This document shows, piece after piece, positions 27,544 through 35,502 of a stretch of DNA of 38,997 bases; the first letter of the stretch is position 1, and each line of letters begins with the position of its first letter. Below the pieces are notes generated by a model. That model did no database searches and had not been told where the DNA came from. It saw only the letters and a list, made by a program, of their open reading frames with translations. The position numbers and the translations under genes are program-made. Source of the DNA: an uncultured Marisediminicola sp. (GTDB lineage: Bacteria; Actinomycetota; Actinomycetes; Actinomycetales; Microbacteriaceae); contig CAXTLO010000001.1 of the NCBI GenBank assembly GCA_964244965.1, positions 1 to 38,997 on the forward strand, given 5' to 3'.

Positions 27544-28725
27544 ATGCACAGCACAGCACGACGCAGTCTCGTCGCCATCGGAGCCGTCGCCTCGGTGATC
27601 GCCCTCACCGGCTGCGCCGGCGCGGACGCCGACGCAGGAGCGTCCGACGCGACAGCGAACCTCGAGGTCGGGCCGATCGATCTGTCCGAGGCGTGTCCAT
27701 CGCCGGTGGTGATCCAAACGGACTGGAATCCGGAGTCCGAGCACGGCCACCTGTACGAGATGTTCGGCGAGGACGTCGAGGTCGACTCCGACCTCAAGTC
27801 GGTCTCCGGTCCCCTGTTCTCCAGCGGGGAATACACCGGCATCGACATCGAGGTGCGTTCGGGAGGTCCCGCGATCGGCTTCCAGACCGTCGCCGCGCAG
27901 ATGTACCAGGACACTGCGATCACGATGGGTTACGCGGGCACAGACGGTCAGGTGCAGCAGTCCCAAGACCTGCCAGTCAAGGCGTTCATGGCGCCGTTGG
28001 ACATCAATCCCCAGATGGTGATGTGGGACCCGGAGACCTATCCCGACGTGGAGACGATCGCCGACCTCGGCCAGAACCTCGAAGACGGCGCTGTCGTGCG
28101 CTACTTCGGCGGCGCCGCCTACATGGAGTACCTCATCTCGGACGGGCAACTGGCGCTCGAGCAGGTCGACGGCGGCTACGACGGCACGCCTGCCAACTTC
28201 ATCGCCGCACAGGGGCGCGACGCCCAGCAGGGATTCGCCAGCGCCGAGCCGTACATCTACGAGAACGAGGTGACCGACTGGGCCAAGCCGGTCGGCTTCG
28301 AGCTCATCGACGACGCCGGGTGGCGTGCGTACGCCGCCGCGATGTCGGTGCGCAGCGACGACTTCGAAGAACTCACGCCCTGCCTCGAGCTGATCACTCC
28401 GGTCCTGCAACAGGCCACTGTCGACTACTACGCCGACCCCGCCGAGGCGAACGCGCTCATCCTCGATCTCGTCGAGCAGTACGACACCGGTTGGGTGTAC
28501 TCCGAAGGAGTCGCCGACTTCTCGGCGGAACAGCAGCTCGACCTGGGCCTCGTCAGCAACGGTGACAACGCGACCCTCGGTGATTTCGATCTCGACCGGG
28601 TGCAGGAGACCCTCGACCAGATGACGCCTATCGCGACGGAACTCGGCACACCGCCCGCGGATGGACTCACCGTCGACGACCTTGTCACCAACGAGTTCAT
28701 CGACGATTCCATCGGACTGCCGTAA
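27544..28725 (+). CDS. ABC substrate-binding lipoprotein (NMT1/THI5-like)
   Basis: AAGGAG RBS; lipobox LTGC; IQTDWNPESEHG, GGP, QQGFASAEPY. Confidence 0.85.
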   Translation: MHSTARRSLVAIGAVASVIALTGCAGADADAGASDATANLEVGPIDLSEACPSPVVIQTDWNPESEHGHLYEMFGEDVEVDSDLKSVSGPLFSSGEYTGIDIEVRSGGPAIGFQTVAAQMYQDTAITMGYAGTDGQVQQSQDLPVKAFMAPLDINPQMVMWDPETYPDVETIADLGQNLEDGAVVRYFGGAAYMEYLISDGQLALEQVDGGYDGTPANFIAAQGRDAQQGFASAEPYIYENEVTDWAKPVGFELIDDAGWRAYAAAMSVRSDDFEELTPCLELITPVLQQATVDYYADPAEANALILDLVEQYDTGWVYSEGVADFSAEQQLDLGLVSNGDNATLGDFDLDRVQETLDQMTPIATELGTPPADGLTVDDLVTNEFIDDSIGLP

Positions 28726-28760
28726 CGCCGGACCATGCCCTGATGAAGGAGGCGACCACC

Positions 28761-30116
28761 ATGTCGACCGAGACCAGCGATGTCGCGGAACTGTACGCCG
28801 AGCTCGTCGCGATGCTCGGCCCTCGGGGGGCGAGCATCGAGCTCCGCGCTCGGGAGAAAGCATCCGTCGACGGCGCGAAGATGTCACCGATCATCACGGA
28901 GCTGCTCCCCCTCGGGCTTGCCGACATCGTCGCCTTCCCGACGACCGCGGAGGAGGTCGCCGCGGTGGTCGCGGCAGCGGTCCGGCACGGCGTGGCAGTG
29001 ACCCCGCGCGGCAAGGGAACCGGAAACTACGGGCAGGGCATCCCGCTGGAGGGCGGACTGGTGCTCGATCTCTCGAAAGCGCGCGCCGTCGTCTCGGTGG
29101 AGGACGGTTTGATCACCGCGGAGGCGGGAGCCCCGATGGTGGCCTTGGAGCAGGCCGCGAGGGAGACGGGGCAGGAGCTCTGGATGTACCCGTCGACCGC
29201 GCAGTCGAGCATCGGCGGGTTCCTCGCGGGTGGCTCGGGAGGCACAGGGTCGATCCTGCATGGGGCCAACCACCAGGGCTTCGTCGCCGCACTCGACGTC
29301 GTGCACGCGTTACCCGACGCCTCGCTCCTGCACGTCGAGGGCGACGACGCGCAGGCGTACGTGCACAACTACGGCACCGCGGGAATCATCGCCCGCGCGA
29401 CGGTGAGGCTCGATCCCGTGCACGACTGGCAGGGGTTCTACGCGAGCTTCGACGCCTTCGACCAGGCCCTCACGATGGTCCGTGCCATGGGCGACCTCGA
29501 ACCGACACCCCGGCTGGTCTCCGCCGACCTGCCCGAGATCGCGAACGCGCTGCCCGAGGATCCCGCAATTCCCGCGGATCGCGCCAGTCTTCGCGCGATC
29601 CTCGATGCGTCATCGATCGTCGCTGCGACGGCGCTCGTGGAGTCCGCGGGCGGCCGGGTGGAGGACGTGCGGGACGGTCCGCAAGCGTGCGTGAAGATCT
29701 CGACGCTGTCATACAACCACCCGATCGAGTGGCTGCAGAAGACGTCGCCGGGCACCTACTTCCACCTCGAGGTCGGCGGCGACGCTCTCGTGGACCGGAT
29801 CGACGAGGTGCACGCGGTCTTCACCGGCGGGATGCTCCACATCGAGGCGCAGCACGGGCGTCCGATCGGCATGCTCGCGGGAGTGTACGAAAGCCCGGAG
29901 CAGGTGTACGCGGGGATCGACGCGCTGCGCGAACTCGGAGTCGGAGTACACAGCCCGCACCAGTGGTTCGTCGACTTCGAGGTGGCGCGCACCGCCGCCC
30001 TCGCTGCGACCACCGACCCACACGGGTTGCTGAATCCCGGCAAGCTCGTCCCCGACGCCGCGGCTCCCGGCGGGGGGAAGCTCACGTCGGCCGGCACCCT
30101 CGGGGTGCCCGCGTGA
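28761..30116 (+). CDS. FAD-binding oxidoreductase (FAD_binding_4, GlcD/VAO-PCMH type)
   Basis: AAGGAGG RBS; PRGKGTGNYGQ, SIGGFLAGGSGG.GS, HNYGTAGII, C-terminal DPHGLLNPGK. Confidence 0.88.
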   Translation: MSTETSDVAELYAELVAMLGPRGASIELRAREKASVDGAKMSPIITELLPLGLADIVAFPTTAEEVAAVVAAAVRHGVAVTPRGKGTGNYGQGIPLEGGLVLDLSKARAVVSVEDGLITAEAGAPMVALEQAARETGQELWMYPSTAQSSIGGFLAGGSGGTGSILHGANHQGFVAALDVVHALPDASLLHVEGDDAQAYVHNYGTAGIIARATVRLDPVHDWQGFYASFDAFDQALTMVRAMGDLEPTPRLVSADLPEIANALPEDPAIPADRASLRAILDASSIVAATALVESAGGRVEDVRDGPQACVKISTLSYNHPIEWLQKTSPGTYFHLEVGGDALVDRIDEVHAVFTGGMLHIEAQHGRPIGMLAGVYESPEQVYAGIDALRELGVGVHSPHQWFVDFEVARTAALAATTDPHGLLNPGKLVPDAAAPGGGKLTSAGTLGVPA

Positions 30117-30886
30117 CGCGCAAGCTCGCGGAGCTCTCGGGTCCCGCCGCCACCGCTGCGCTCTCGGCCGAGTCGGTGATCGTGCTGCCCACCGGCGCGA
30201 TCGAACACCACGGACCGCACCTTCCGCTGACCACCGACGCCTTGCTGGCCGAGGCGCTCGCCACCGCCGCGGTAGAGCGCGGGGCCGCATCCGGTCTCGA
30301 CCTATGGATCCTGCCGACGCTCAGCTACACCAAATCCGACGAGCACCACTGGGCGCCGGGCACCATGTGGCTGAGCTGGGAGACGTTCATGGCGACCCTG
30401 GTCGACATCGGCCGCTCCGTCGCGGCGACACCGGCCCGGAAGCTGGTGTTCATGAACGGGCACGGCGGCAACACCGCTGTGCTGCAGGTCGCGAACCGCG
30501 AGCTGCGCCGACGCTTCGGACTGTCGACCTTCAGCATGCCCGCCGGTATCCAACGGGCGGGAGCAGCACCGGATGCCGACGAGGTCGGACTCGGCATCCA
30601 TGCTGGCCACGGCGAGACCTCGCTCGTGCTGCACGTCCGTCCAGACCTCGTCGACATGTCCCTCGCGGAACGCAACGTGCCGGCACACATCGCCGACTAC
30701 GAGTACATCGGCTTCAACAACAGGCCGGTGTCCTTCGGCTGGCTGAGCGACGACTTCGGTCCGAGCGGGGTGATCGGCGATCCGACCCGAGCCACCGCGG
30801 CGGATGGGGCGGCGCTGTTCGAGGAGTCGGTGAGTCTTGCCGTCGACGCGCTCGCGGAGATCGCGCGATTCCGGCACCTCCCGTGA
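30113..30886 (+). CDS. Creatininase / creatinine amidohydrolase family protein
   Basis: LPTGAIEHHGPHLPLTTD, SDEH..APGT, NGHGGN, HAGHGETS, SGVIGDP. Confidence 0.92.
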   Translation: MTRKLAELSGPAATAALSAESVIVLPTGAIEHHGPHLPLTTDALLAEALATAAVERGAASGLDLWILPTLSYTKSDEHHWAPGTMWLSWETFMATLVDIGRSVAATPARKLVFMNGHGGNTAVLQVANRELRRRFGLSTFSMPAGIQRAGAAPDADEVGLGIHAGHGETSLVLHVRPDLVDMSLAERNVPAHIADYEYIGFNNRPVSFGWLSDDFGPSGVIGDPTRATAADGAALFEESVSLAVDALAEIARFRHLP

Positions 30887-31467
30887 CCGTCGATTCCGTC
30901 CCTGTCGATCCCGTCGCGCTCGCCCTCGGCTGGTTGCCCGACGACGAGGATCCGGCGCGACCCCAGATCACCCTGGCCACCAACGGGGGTGACGGATTCC
31001 CCTCGGCTCGGACGGTTCTTCTCACCTCGGCCAGTCGATCGGGCTTCGCCTTCCACACCGACGGGCGGTCGGCGAAGGCCGCCGAGATCGCCGCCGATCC
31101 CCGCGTCTGCCTCGTCGCCGTCTGGCCTGACTTCTACCGCCAGCTCGTAGTGCAGGGCACCGCAGAGCGACAATCGGATGTCGAGATCATCACCGCCTAC
31201 GAGCGACGCTCCCCCTACCTCCGGCAGCTGGCCTGGCTCAATGACCACGACTTCGCCGCGCTTCCCCTCGAGGAACGCCGGTCGACATGGGCGACCGCGG
31301 TGGCCGAGCACCCGGATGGCCCGCCGACGCCTTCCACCACGTGGACCGGATACACCGTGCGACCGACGCGGCTCGTCTTCTGGGAGTCGGCACCCGATAC
31401 CGCGAGCCGCCGCACCGAATACCGCCTGGTCGACGGACAGTGGACCATGCGCTATCTCGCCGGCTGA
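30883..31467 (+). CDS. Pyridoxamine-5'-phosphate oxidase (PdxH/PhzG)-like FMN-binding protein
   Basis: TLAT..DGFPSARTVLL, FHTDGRSAKA, RQLVVQG, WTGY.VRP..L.FW; GTGA coupling. Confidence 0.85.
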   Translation: MTVDSVPVDPVALALGWLPDDEDPARPQITLATNGGDGFPSARTVLLTSASRSGFAFHTDGRSAKAAEIAADPRVCLVAVWPDFYRQLVVQGTAERQSDVEIITAYERRSPYLRQLAWLNDHDFAALPLEERRSTWATAVAEHPDGPPTPSTTWTGYTVRPTRLVFWESAPDTASRRTEYRLVDGQWTMRYLAG

Positions 31468-31892
31468 TGCGGCATCCGGAGCACGAACGGCCCGTCATCC
31501 GCGTCGCAGCCGCCGTCATCGTGGACGACGCGGGGCGGCTGCTTCTCGTACGCAAGCGCGGCACGAAGATGTTCATGCAGCCGGGCGGAAAGCTCGAAGC
31601 GGGCGAGACCCCCGCCGTAGCCCTCGCCCGCGAGTTGGAGGAGGAGATCGGGGTGCGGCTGGACCCGCACCACTTCGAGTATCTCGGGCGGTACGACACG
31701 GATGCGGCGAACGAGAGCGGCCACGGACTCGACGCCGAGATGTTCCTCGTGCACATCCGCGAACCGGTCGCCGCGGCATCCGAGATCGAGGAGGTGATCT
31801 GGATCCATCCGCGCGACATGGTCGGGCTGCCGATCGCTCCGCTCGTACTCGATCACGTGCTATCGATCGTGCGAGGTCCTCACCCCGAGTGA
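31467..31892 (+). CDS. Nudix hydrolase (MutT-like)
   Basis: Nudix box GGKLEAGETPAVALARELEEEIG; TGATG coupling. Confidence 0.9.
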   Translation: MRHPEHERPVIRVAAAVIVDDAGRLLLVRKRGTKMFMQPGGKLEAGETPAVALARELEEEIGVRLDPHHFEYLGRYDTDAANESGHGLDAEMFLVHIREPVAAASEIEEVIWIHPRDMVGLPIAPLVLDHVLSIVRGPHPE

Positions 31893-32482
31893 TCCTGCCG
31901 CGCGATCAGAACGGCATCGATCGCTGTGCCCCCGTCGACCACGCGGTCGACGAGTTCGCACCGCTCGATGTCCAGACTGCTCGCGCCGGCTCTGAGGTCG
32001 GCGATCCGGTGCAGGAGGGTGGGGTCTCGCGGGCCGCCGATGCCGTGCGCGAGGTTCTCGAGCGCGTGGCCCACGAGTACGAGCTTGCCAGCCGGAGCCA
32101 GGTAGGCGGATACGGCGGCGAGCGCCGCCCGCAGCGGTGCAGCTGGCAACTGGAGGTAGGCGACCACGACCAGATCGACGAGGCCCGGTGAGACCCACGT
32201 GGTGGCCTCAGCGAGCTCCCACGTCACCTCGACTCCCGCCGCGGCAGCCCGACGCCGGCCGGTCTCGAGTCCGACGGCGGAGAAGTCGACCGCGGTCACC
32301 TGCCAGCCCTGTCGAGCCAGCCAGATCGCGTTACGTCCTTCGCCGCACCCGAGGTCGACCGCCGTACCCGGCGTGGCACCGGTGAGTACCGAGGCGACGA
32401 AGCCGTTCGGCTCGCTCGACCATACGGTCTCGTCGGCGGCCGCGGCGTCGGCGTAGCGCGCGTCCCACAGCTCGCGACTCAC
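31880..32482 (-). CDS. Class I SAM-dependent methyltransferase
   Basis: WDARY, WSSEPN, DLGCGEGRNAIWLA, VTAVDFS. GTG start overlaps the metF-like stop. Confidence 0.9.
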   Translation of the reverse strand: MSRELWDARYADAAAADETVWSSEPNGFVASVLTGATPGTAVDLGCGEGRNAIWLARQGWQVTAVDFSAVGLETGRRRAAAAGVEVTWELAEATTWVSPGLVDLVVVAYLQLPAAPLRAALAAVSAYLAPAGKLVLVGHALENLAHGIGGPRDPTLLHRIADLRAGASSLDIERCELVDRVVDGGTAIDAVLIARQDHSG

Positions 32483-33546
32483 GCGCGGATCCTCCCGCTG
32501 ATCGTCGCGAGCCCGTCCGCGAGCGCGTGCTCCTCGCTGGCTGCTCCGCCACCGGACAGGTTGACCCCGGCCACGCCGTCCACCTCGAGCAGTCGCAGAC
32601 CGAACTCGACTGCCGCGTCGATGCCCGCGCGCCGGACATCGTCGGCGGCGAGGATCCGATCGAAGTAGCGGTCGGGCAGCGCGAGGGAGGTGAACGAACG
32701 GATGAGCTCGGCGCCGGCCCGGTCGATCACCACCGGCACGCACGCCAGAAAAGCGACGTCGATCTCGAGCTGCTGCGCTTGACGCACGAAGGCCGCGACG
32801 GGAGGTATCCCTCCGGCGTGATTGACGAAACAGACCTCAGCGCCCGCAAGCACTTTCTCACGGAGACGGTCTGGACGCCGTTTTGCGGGAGGCGTCGCCG
32901 GAGATTCGCCCACCGACACCAGGTGACCGGCAGCCCGGGCGGTGGCGGCGAGCTCGGTGGAGTCCAGATCGAAGACCGGGAGTGCGTCGGGCCGTGACCC
33001 GGTGCGGGTGTGATCGCCGGTCACGCAGTGCACTGCCGCAGCCCCGGCGTGGGCGAGCCCGGCGAGTTCTCCTTCGAGGGCGACCCGGTTGCGGTCCCGG
33101 CAGTTGACCCCTGCCCACACGTCCAGACCCGCTTCTCGGATGAGGTGAGCACGGTAGGCAGGTGGGAACTGGACGCGCGATCGCCCGGAGTCGCCCGCCA
33201 GGACCGCGTCGACCCGGCCGGCGAGCACACTCGCGCAATCGGCGATGGATGCGGCATCCAGAGCTCGCGCGGGGAAGTCGGCGACGACCACCCGACCGGC
33301 GTGCATCCGTGCCCGCATCCTGTCTGCGGGAGTGTCCACCGGCACGCCACTCGACCCCTCACGCGACGTCGCGGATGCAGCGGTGCGCGCCGGTCCGGTG
33401 ACGAGCGGAGCGGCGTCCGATCGCCAGCGCACCGTCGGCACGTCGAGGAACACGCACCGGTGTGCCGCGACCTCACACGAGCCGTCGGATTCGACTCCGC
33501 CGCACGGGCCGTAGGTCATACTCTTGGGGCAGGCGGCGGTCGACAC
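32479..33546 (-). CDS. MetV-MetF fusion: Cys-rich MTHFR_C domain plus methylenetetrahydrofolate reductase-like TIM barrel
   Basis: CPKSMTYGPCGG..DGSCE....RCVF, then NCRDRNRVALEGEL, CVTGDH, VFDLDS, EKVLAGA. Confidence 0.82.
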   Translation of the reverse strand: MSTAACPKSMTYGPCGGVESDGSCEVAAHRCVFLDVPTVRWRSDAAPLVTGPARTAASATSREGSSGVPVDTPADRMRARMHAGRVVVADFPARALDAASIADCASVLAGRVDAVLAGDSGRSRVQFPPAYRAHLIREAGLDVWAGVNCRDRNRVALEGELAGLAHAGAAAVHCVTGDHTRTGSRPDALPVFDLDSTELAATARAAGHLVSVGESPATPPAKRRPDRLREKVLAGAEVCFVNHAGGIPPVAAFVRQAQQLEIDVAFLACVPVVIDRAGAELIRSFTSLALPDRYFDRILAADDVRRAGIDAAVEFGLRLLEVDGVAGVNLSGGGAASEEHALADGLATISGRIRA

Positions 33547-33573
33547 GGCATCCCTTCGCTCGCGGGTGTGCTC

Positions 33574-33605
33574 AGGCTAGAGTCCTGATGTTTCCGACTG
33601 GTGTC
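33574..33605 (-). promoter_or_regulatory. GlnR-like direct repeat plus -10 for the metVF-like/methyltransferase operon
   Basis: Minus strand reads GACAC-cagtcg-GAAAC-N10-TAGCCT. Confidence 0.65.
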
Positions 33606-33637
33606 GAACGCGCGCCAGACGCGACGTGCCGATCCGG

Positions 33638-33657
33638 TACATTCCGAGGGGCGGAAT
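33638..33657 (+). promoter_or_regulatory. allB -10 (TACATT) overlapped by palindrome ATTCCG-N5-CGGAAT, candidate repressor operator
   Basis: Inverted repeat 33641-33657 overlaps the -10 hexamer and the expected start site. Confidence 0.45.
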
Positions 33658-33688
33658 CACCCCGCACCGGAGTGAAGACGAGGCCACG

Positions 33689-35047
33689 ATGCAACCGACG
33701 TTCGACCTCGTGATCCGCGCCGACCGTGCCCTCGTCGGAGGCGTCATCCGTTCGGCCGTCATCGGGGTTCGCGGTGGGGTGATCGCCGGCATCGTCAACC
33801 ACGAGTCCGACGGCGAGCTGCGGGGCGTGACGGAGCTACGTCTGCGGCCAGACGAAGTGCTGCTTCCCGGACTCGTCGACACGCACGTGCACGTCAATGA
33901 GCCGGGGCGCACTCACTGGGAGGGGTTCGCGAGCGCGACCCGTGCCGCTGCGGCGGGCGGCGTTACCACGATCGTCGACATGCCCCTCAACAGCATCCCG
34001 CCCACCATCGATCCGACGGCTCTCGAGGTCAAGCAGTCGATCGCCCGGAACCAGGTGGCCGTCGACGTGGGATTCTGGGGAGGGGCAGTACCGTCCAACC
34101 TCGGGCGTCTGCGGGAACTTCACGAGCGCGGCGTCTTCGGGTTCAAATGCTTCCTCGCCCCCTCGGGGGTGGACGAATTCGAACACCTGGACACGGCCCA
34201 CCTGAACCTCGCCCTCGACGAGGTGGCTCGACTCGGGTCGGTACTGATCGTGCACGCCGAGGACCCGGGCGTGCTCGCCGCGAGCGAGAACACCGGCGGC
34301 CGCGACTACGGGCGATTCGTCGCGTCGCGGCCCGAGGAGGCCGAACTCACCGCGATCGAGCACGTGATCGCCGGAGTGCGACGCTCCGGCGCACGGGCGC
34401 ACATCCTGCACCTATCGGCCGCATCGGCGCTCGGCCCTCTTGCCGCAGCACGTGCGGAGAGTCTTCCGATCACGGTCGAGACATGCCCGCACTACCTCAG
34501 TTTCAGCGCCGAGCACATCGCCGACGGAGCCACCGAATTCAAGTGCTGCCCTCCCATCCGAGACGACCGCAACCGCGACGCGCTCTGGCAGGGCCTGTCC
34601 GACGGGGTGATCGACATCGTCGTATCCGACCATTCCCCTTCGACCCGCGAATTGAAGCTCGGTCACGATGGTGACTTCGGGGCGGCATGGGGGGGCATCG
34701 CCGGGCTCCAGCTCGGTCTGGCCGCGGTCTGGACCGAGGCCGGACGCCGCGGTATCCGGCTGGAGACGGTCGTCGATTGGATGTCCCGCGGTCCGGCGGA
34801 TCTGGTCGGACTCACCGACCGCGGCCGCATCGAGTCCGGTGCATCCGCCGACTTCTGCGTCTTCGCTCCCGAGGAGGCCGTGACTGTCGACGTGCGGCGA
34901 CTCCAGCACAAGAACCCGATCTCGGCGTATGACGGATTGACCCTGTCCGGTGCCGTGCGGTCGACCTGGCTGCGTGGACAGCAGCTCGACGCCCAGGAGG
35001 CGGCGCCGATGCCAACAGGACGACTCGTCCAGCGACACGGAACCTGA
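33689..35047 (+). CDS. allB: Allantoinase
   Basis: DTHVHVNEPGRTHWEGF, DMPLNSIPPT, GFKCFL..SGVDEF, ETCPHYL, FKCCPPIR, SDHSP, WGGIAGLQ. Confidence 0.95.
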   Translation: MQPTFDLVIRADRALVGGVIRSAVIGVRGGVIAGIVNHESDGELRGVTELRLRPDEVLLPGLVDTHVHVNEPGRTHWEGFASATRAAAAGGVTTIVDMPLNSIPPTIDPTALEVKQSIARNQVAVDVGFWGGAVPSNLGRLRELHERGVFGFKCFLAPSGVDEFEHLDTAHLNLALDEVARLGSVLIVHAEDPGVLAASENTGGRDYGRFVASRPEEAELTAIEHVIAGVRRSGARAHILHLSAASALGPLAAARAESLPITVETCPHYLSFSAEHIADGATEFKCCPPIRDDRNRDALWQGLSDGVIDIVVSDHSPSTRELKLGHDGDFGAAWGGIAGLQLGLAAVWTEAGRRGIRLETVVDWMSRGPADLVGLTDRGRIESGASADFCVFAPEEAVTVDVRRLQHKNPISAYDGLTLSGAVRSTWLRGQQLDAQEAAPMPTGRLVQRHGT

Positions 35048-35085
35048 GCTGAGAGAATCCCTCGGCTGACCTCTACTCTCGGTGG

Positions 35086-35454
35086 ATGACCGACACACCA
35101 CGTCCCGGTTCCGGCATCAGACCGCTGTGGATATTCGCACTCGTGCTCGCCAGTGCCGGTCTGATGCTCACCATGGGTGTGCAGGCCGTGTATGCCGCCC
35201 AACTCATCGGCTTCGAAGGATCTGCCGACCAGTCGCTGTTGGTGGGCCTCGAGGTCGGACGGGCTATCGGGCCCAGCATCCTCACGGCGGGACTGATCTC
35301 CGCAGCTCTCGCGCTGGCTCTTCGAGCGGTCATGCACGTCATCGGGCCGCCCGCTCCGTCCGGCCCTCACGGACAGTCCGAGGTCGATCTTCAGGCACTC
35401 GACCCGAGCGACGTCATCCTGGGCACGTCCGACAACGACCGACGCAGTTCCTGA
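35086..35454 (+). CDS. Hypothetical 2-TM membrane protein
   Basis: Two hydrophobic helices and a polar tail; TACTCT 6 nt before the ATG; fills the allB-uricase gap. Confidence 0.6.
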   Translation: MTDTPRPGSGIRPLWIFALVLASAGLMLTMGVQAVYAAQLIGFEGSADQSLLVGLEVGRAIGPSILTAGLISAALALALRAVMHVIGPPAPSGPHGQSEVDLQALDPSDVILGTSDNDRRSS

Positions 35455-35464
35455 GTGCACACCG

Positions 35465-35496
35465 GTAACATCGCGGTCACACGACTTTGACATGAT
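35465..35496 (+). promoter_or_regulatory. GlnR-like direct repeat plus -10 for the leaderless uricase operon
   Basis: GTAAC-atcgcg-GTCAC-N10-CATGAT-N6-ATG. Confidence 0.65.
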
Positions 35497-35502
35497 CTCG
35501 GC

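Noticed and set aside
30113-30886. Mycofactocin (MftE) or other RiPP cluster
   Set aside because: It is a creatininase-family protein, but no MftA-like precursor, radical SAM enzyme or MftB/MftD gene is present in the window.
24885-31467. Long ORF versions 24885-26648, 26036-27505, 26968-28725, 28661-30886 and 30304-31467 as fusion proteins
   Set aside because: The 5' extensions are stop-poor alternative frames typical of high-GC DNA. Real starts are marked by SD sequences or ATGA/GTGA overlaps.
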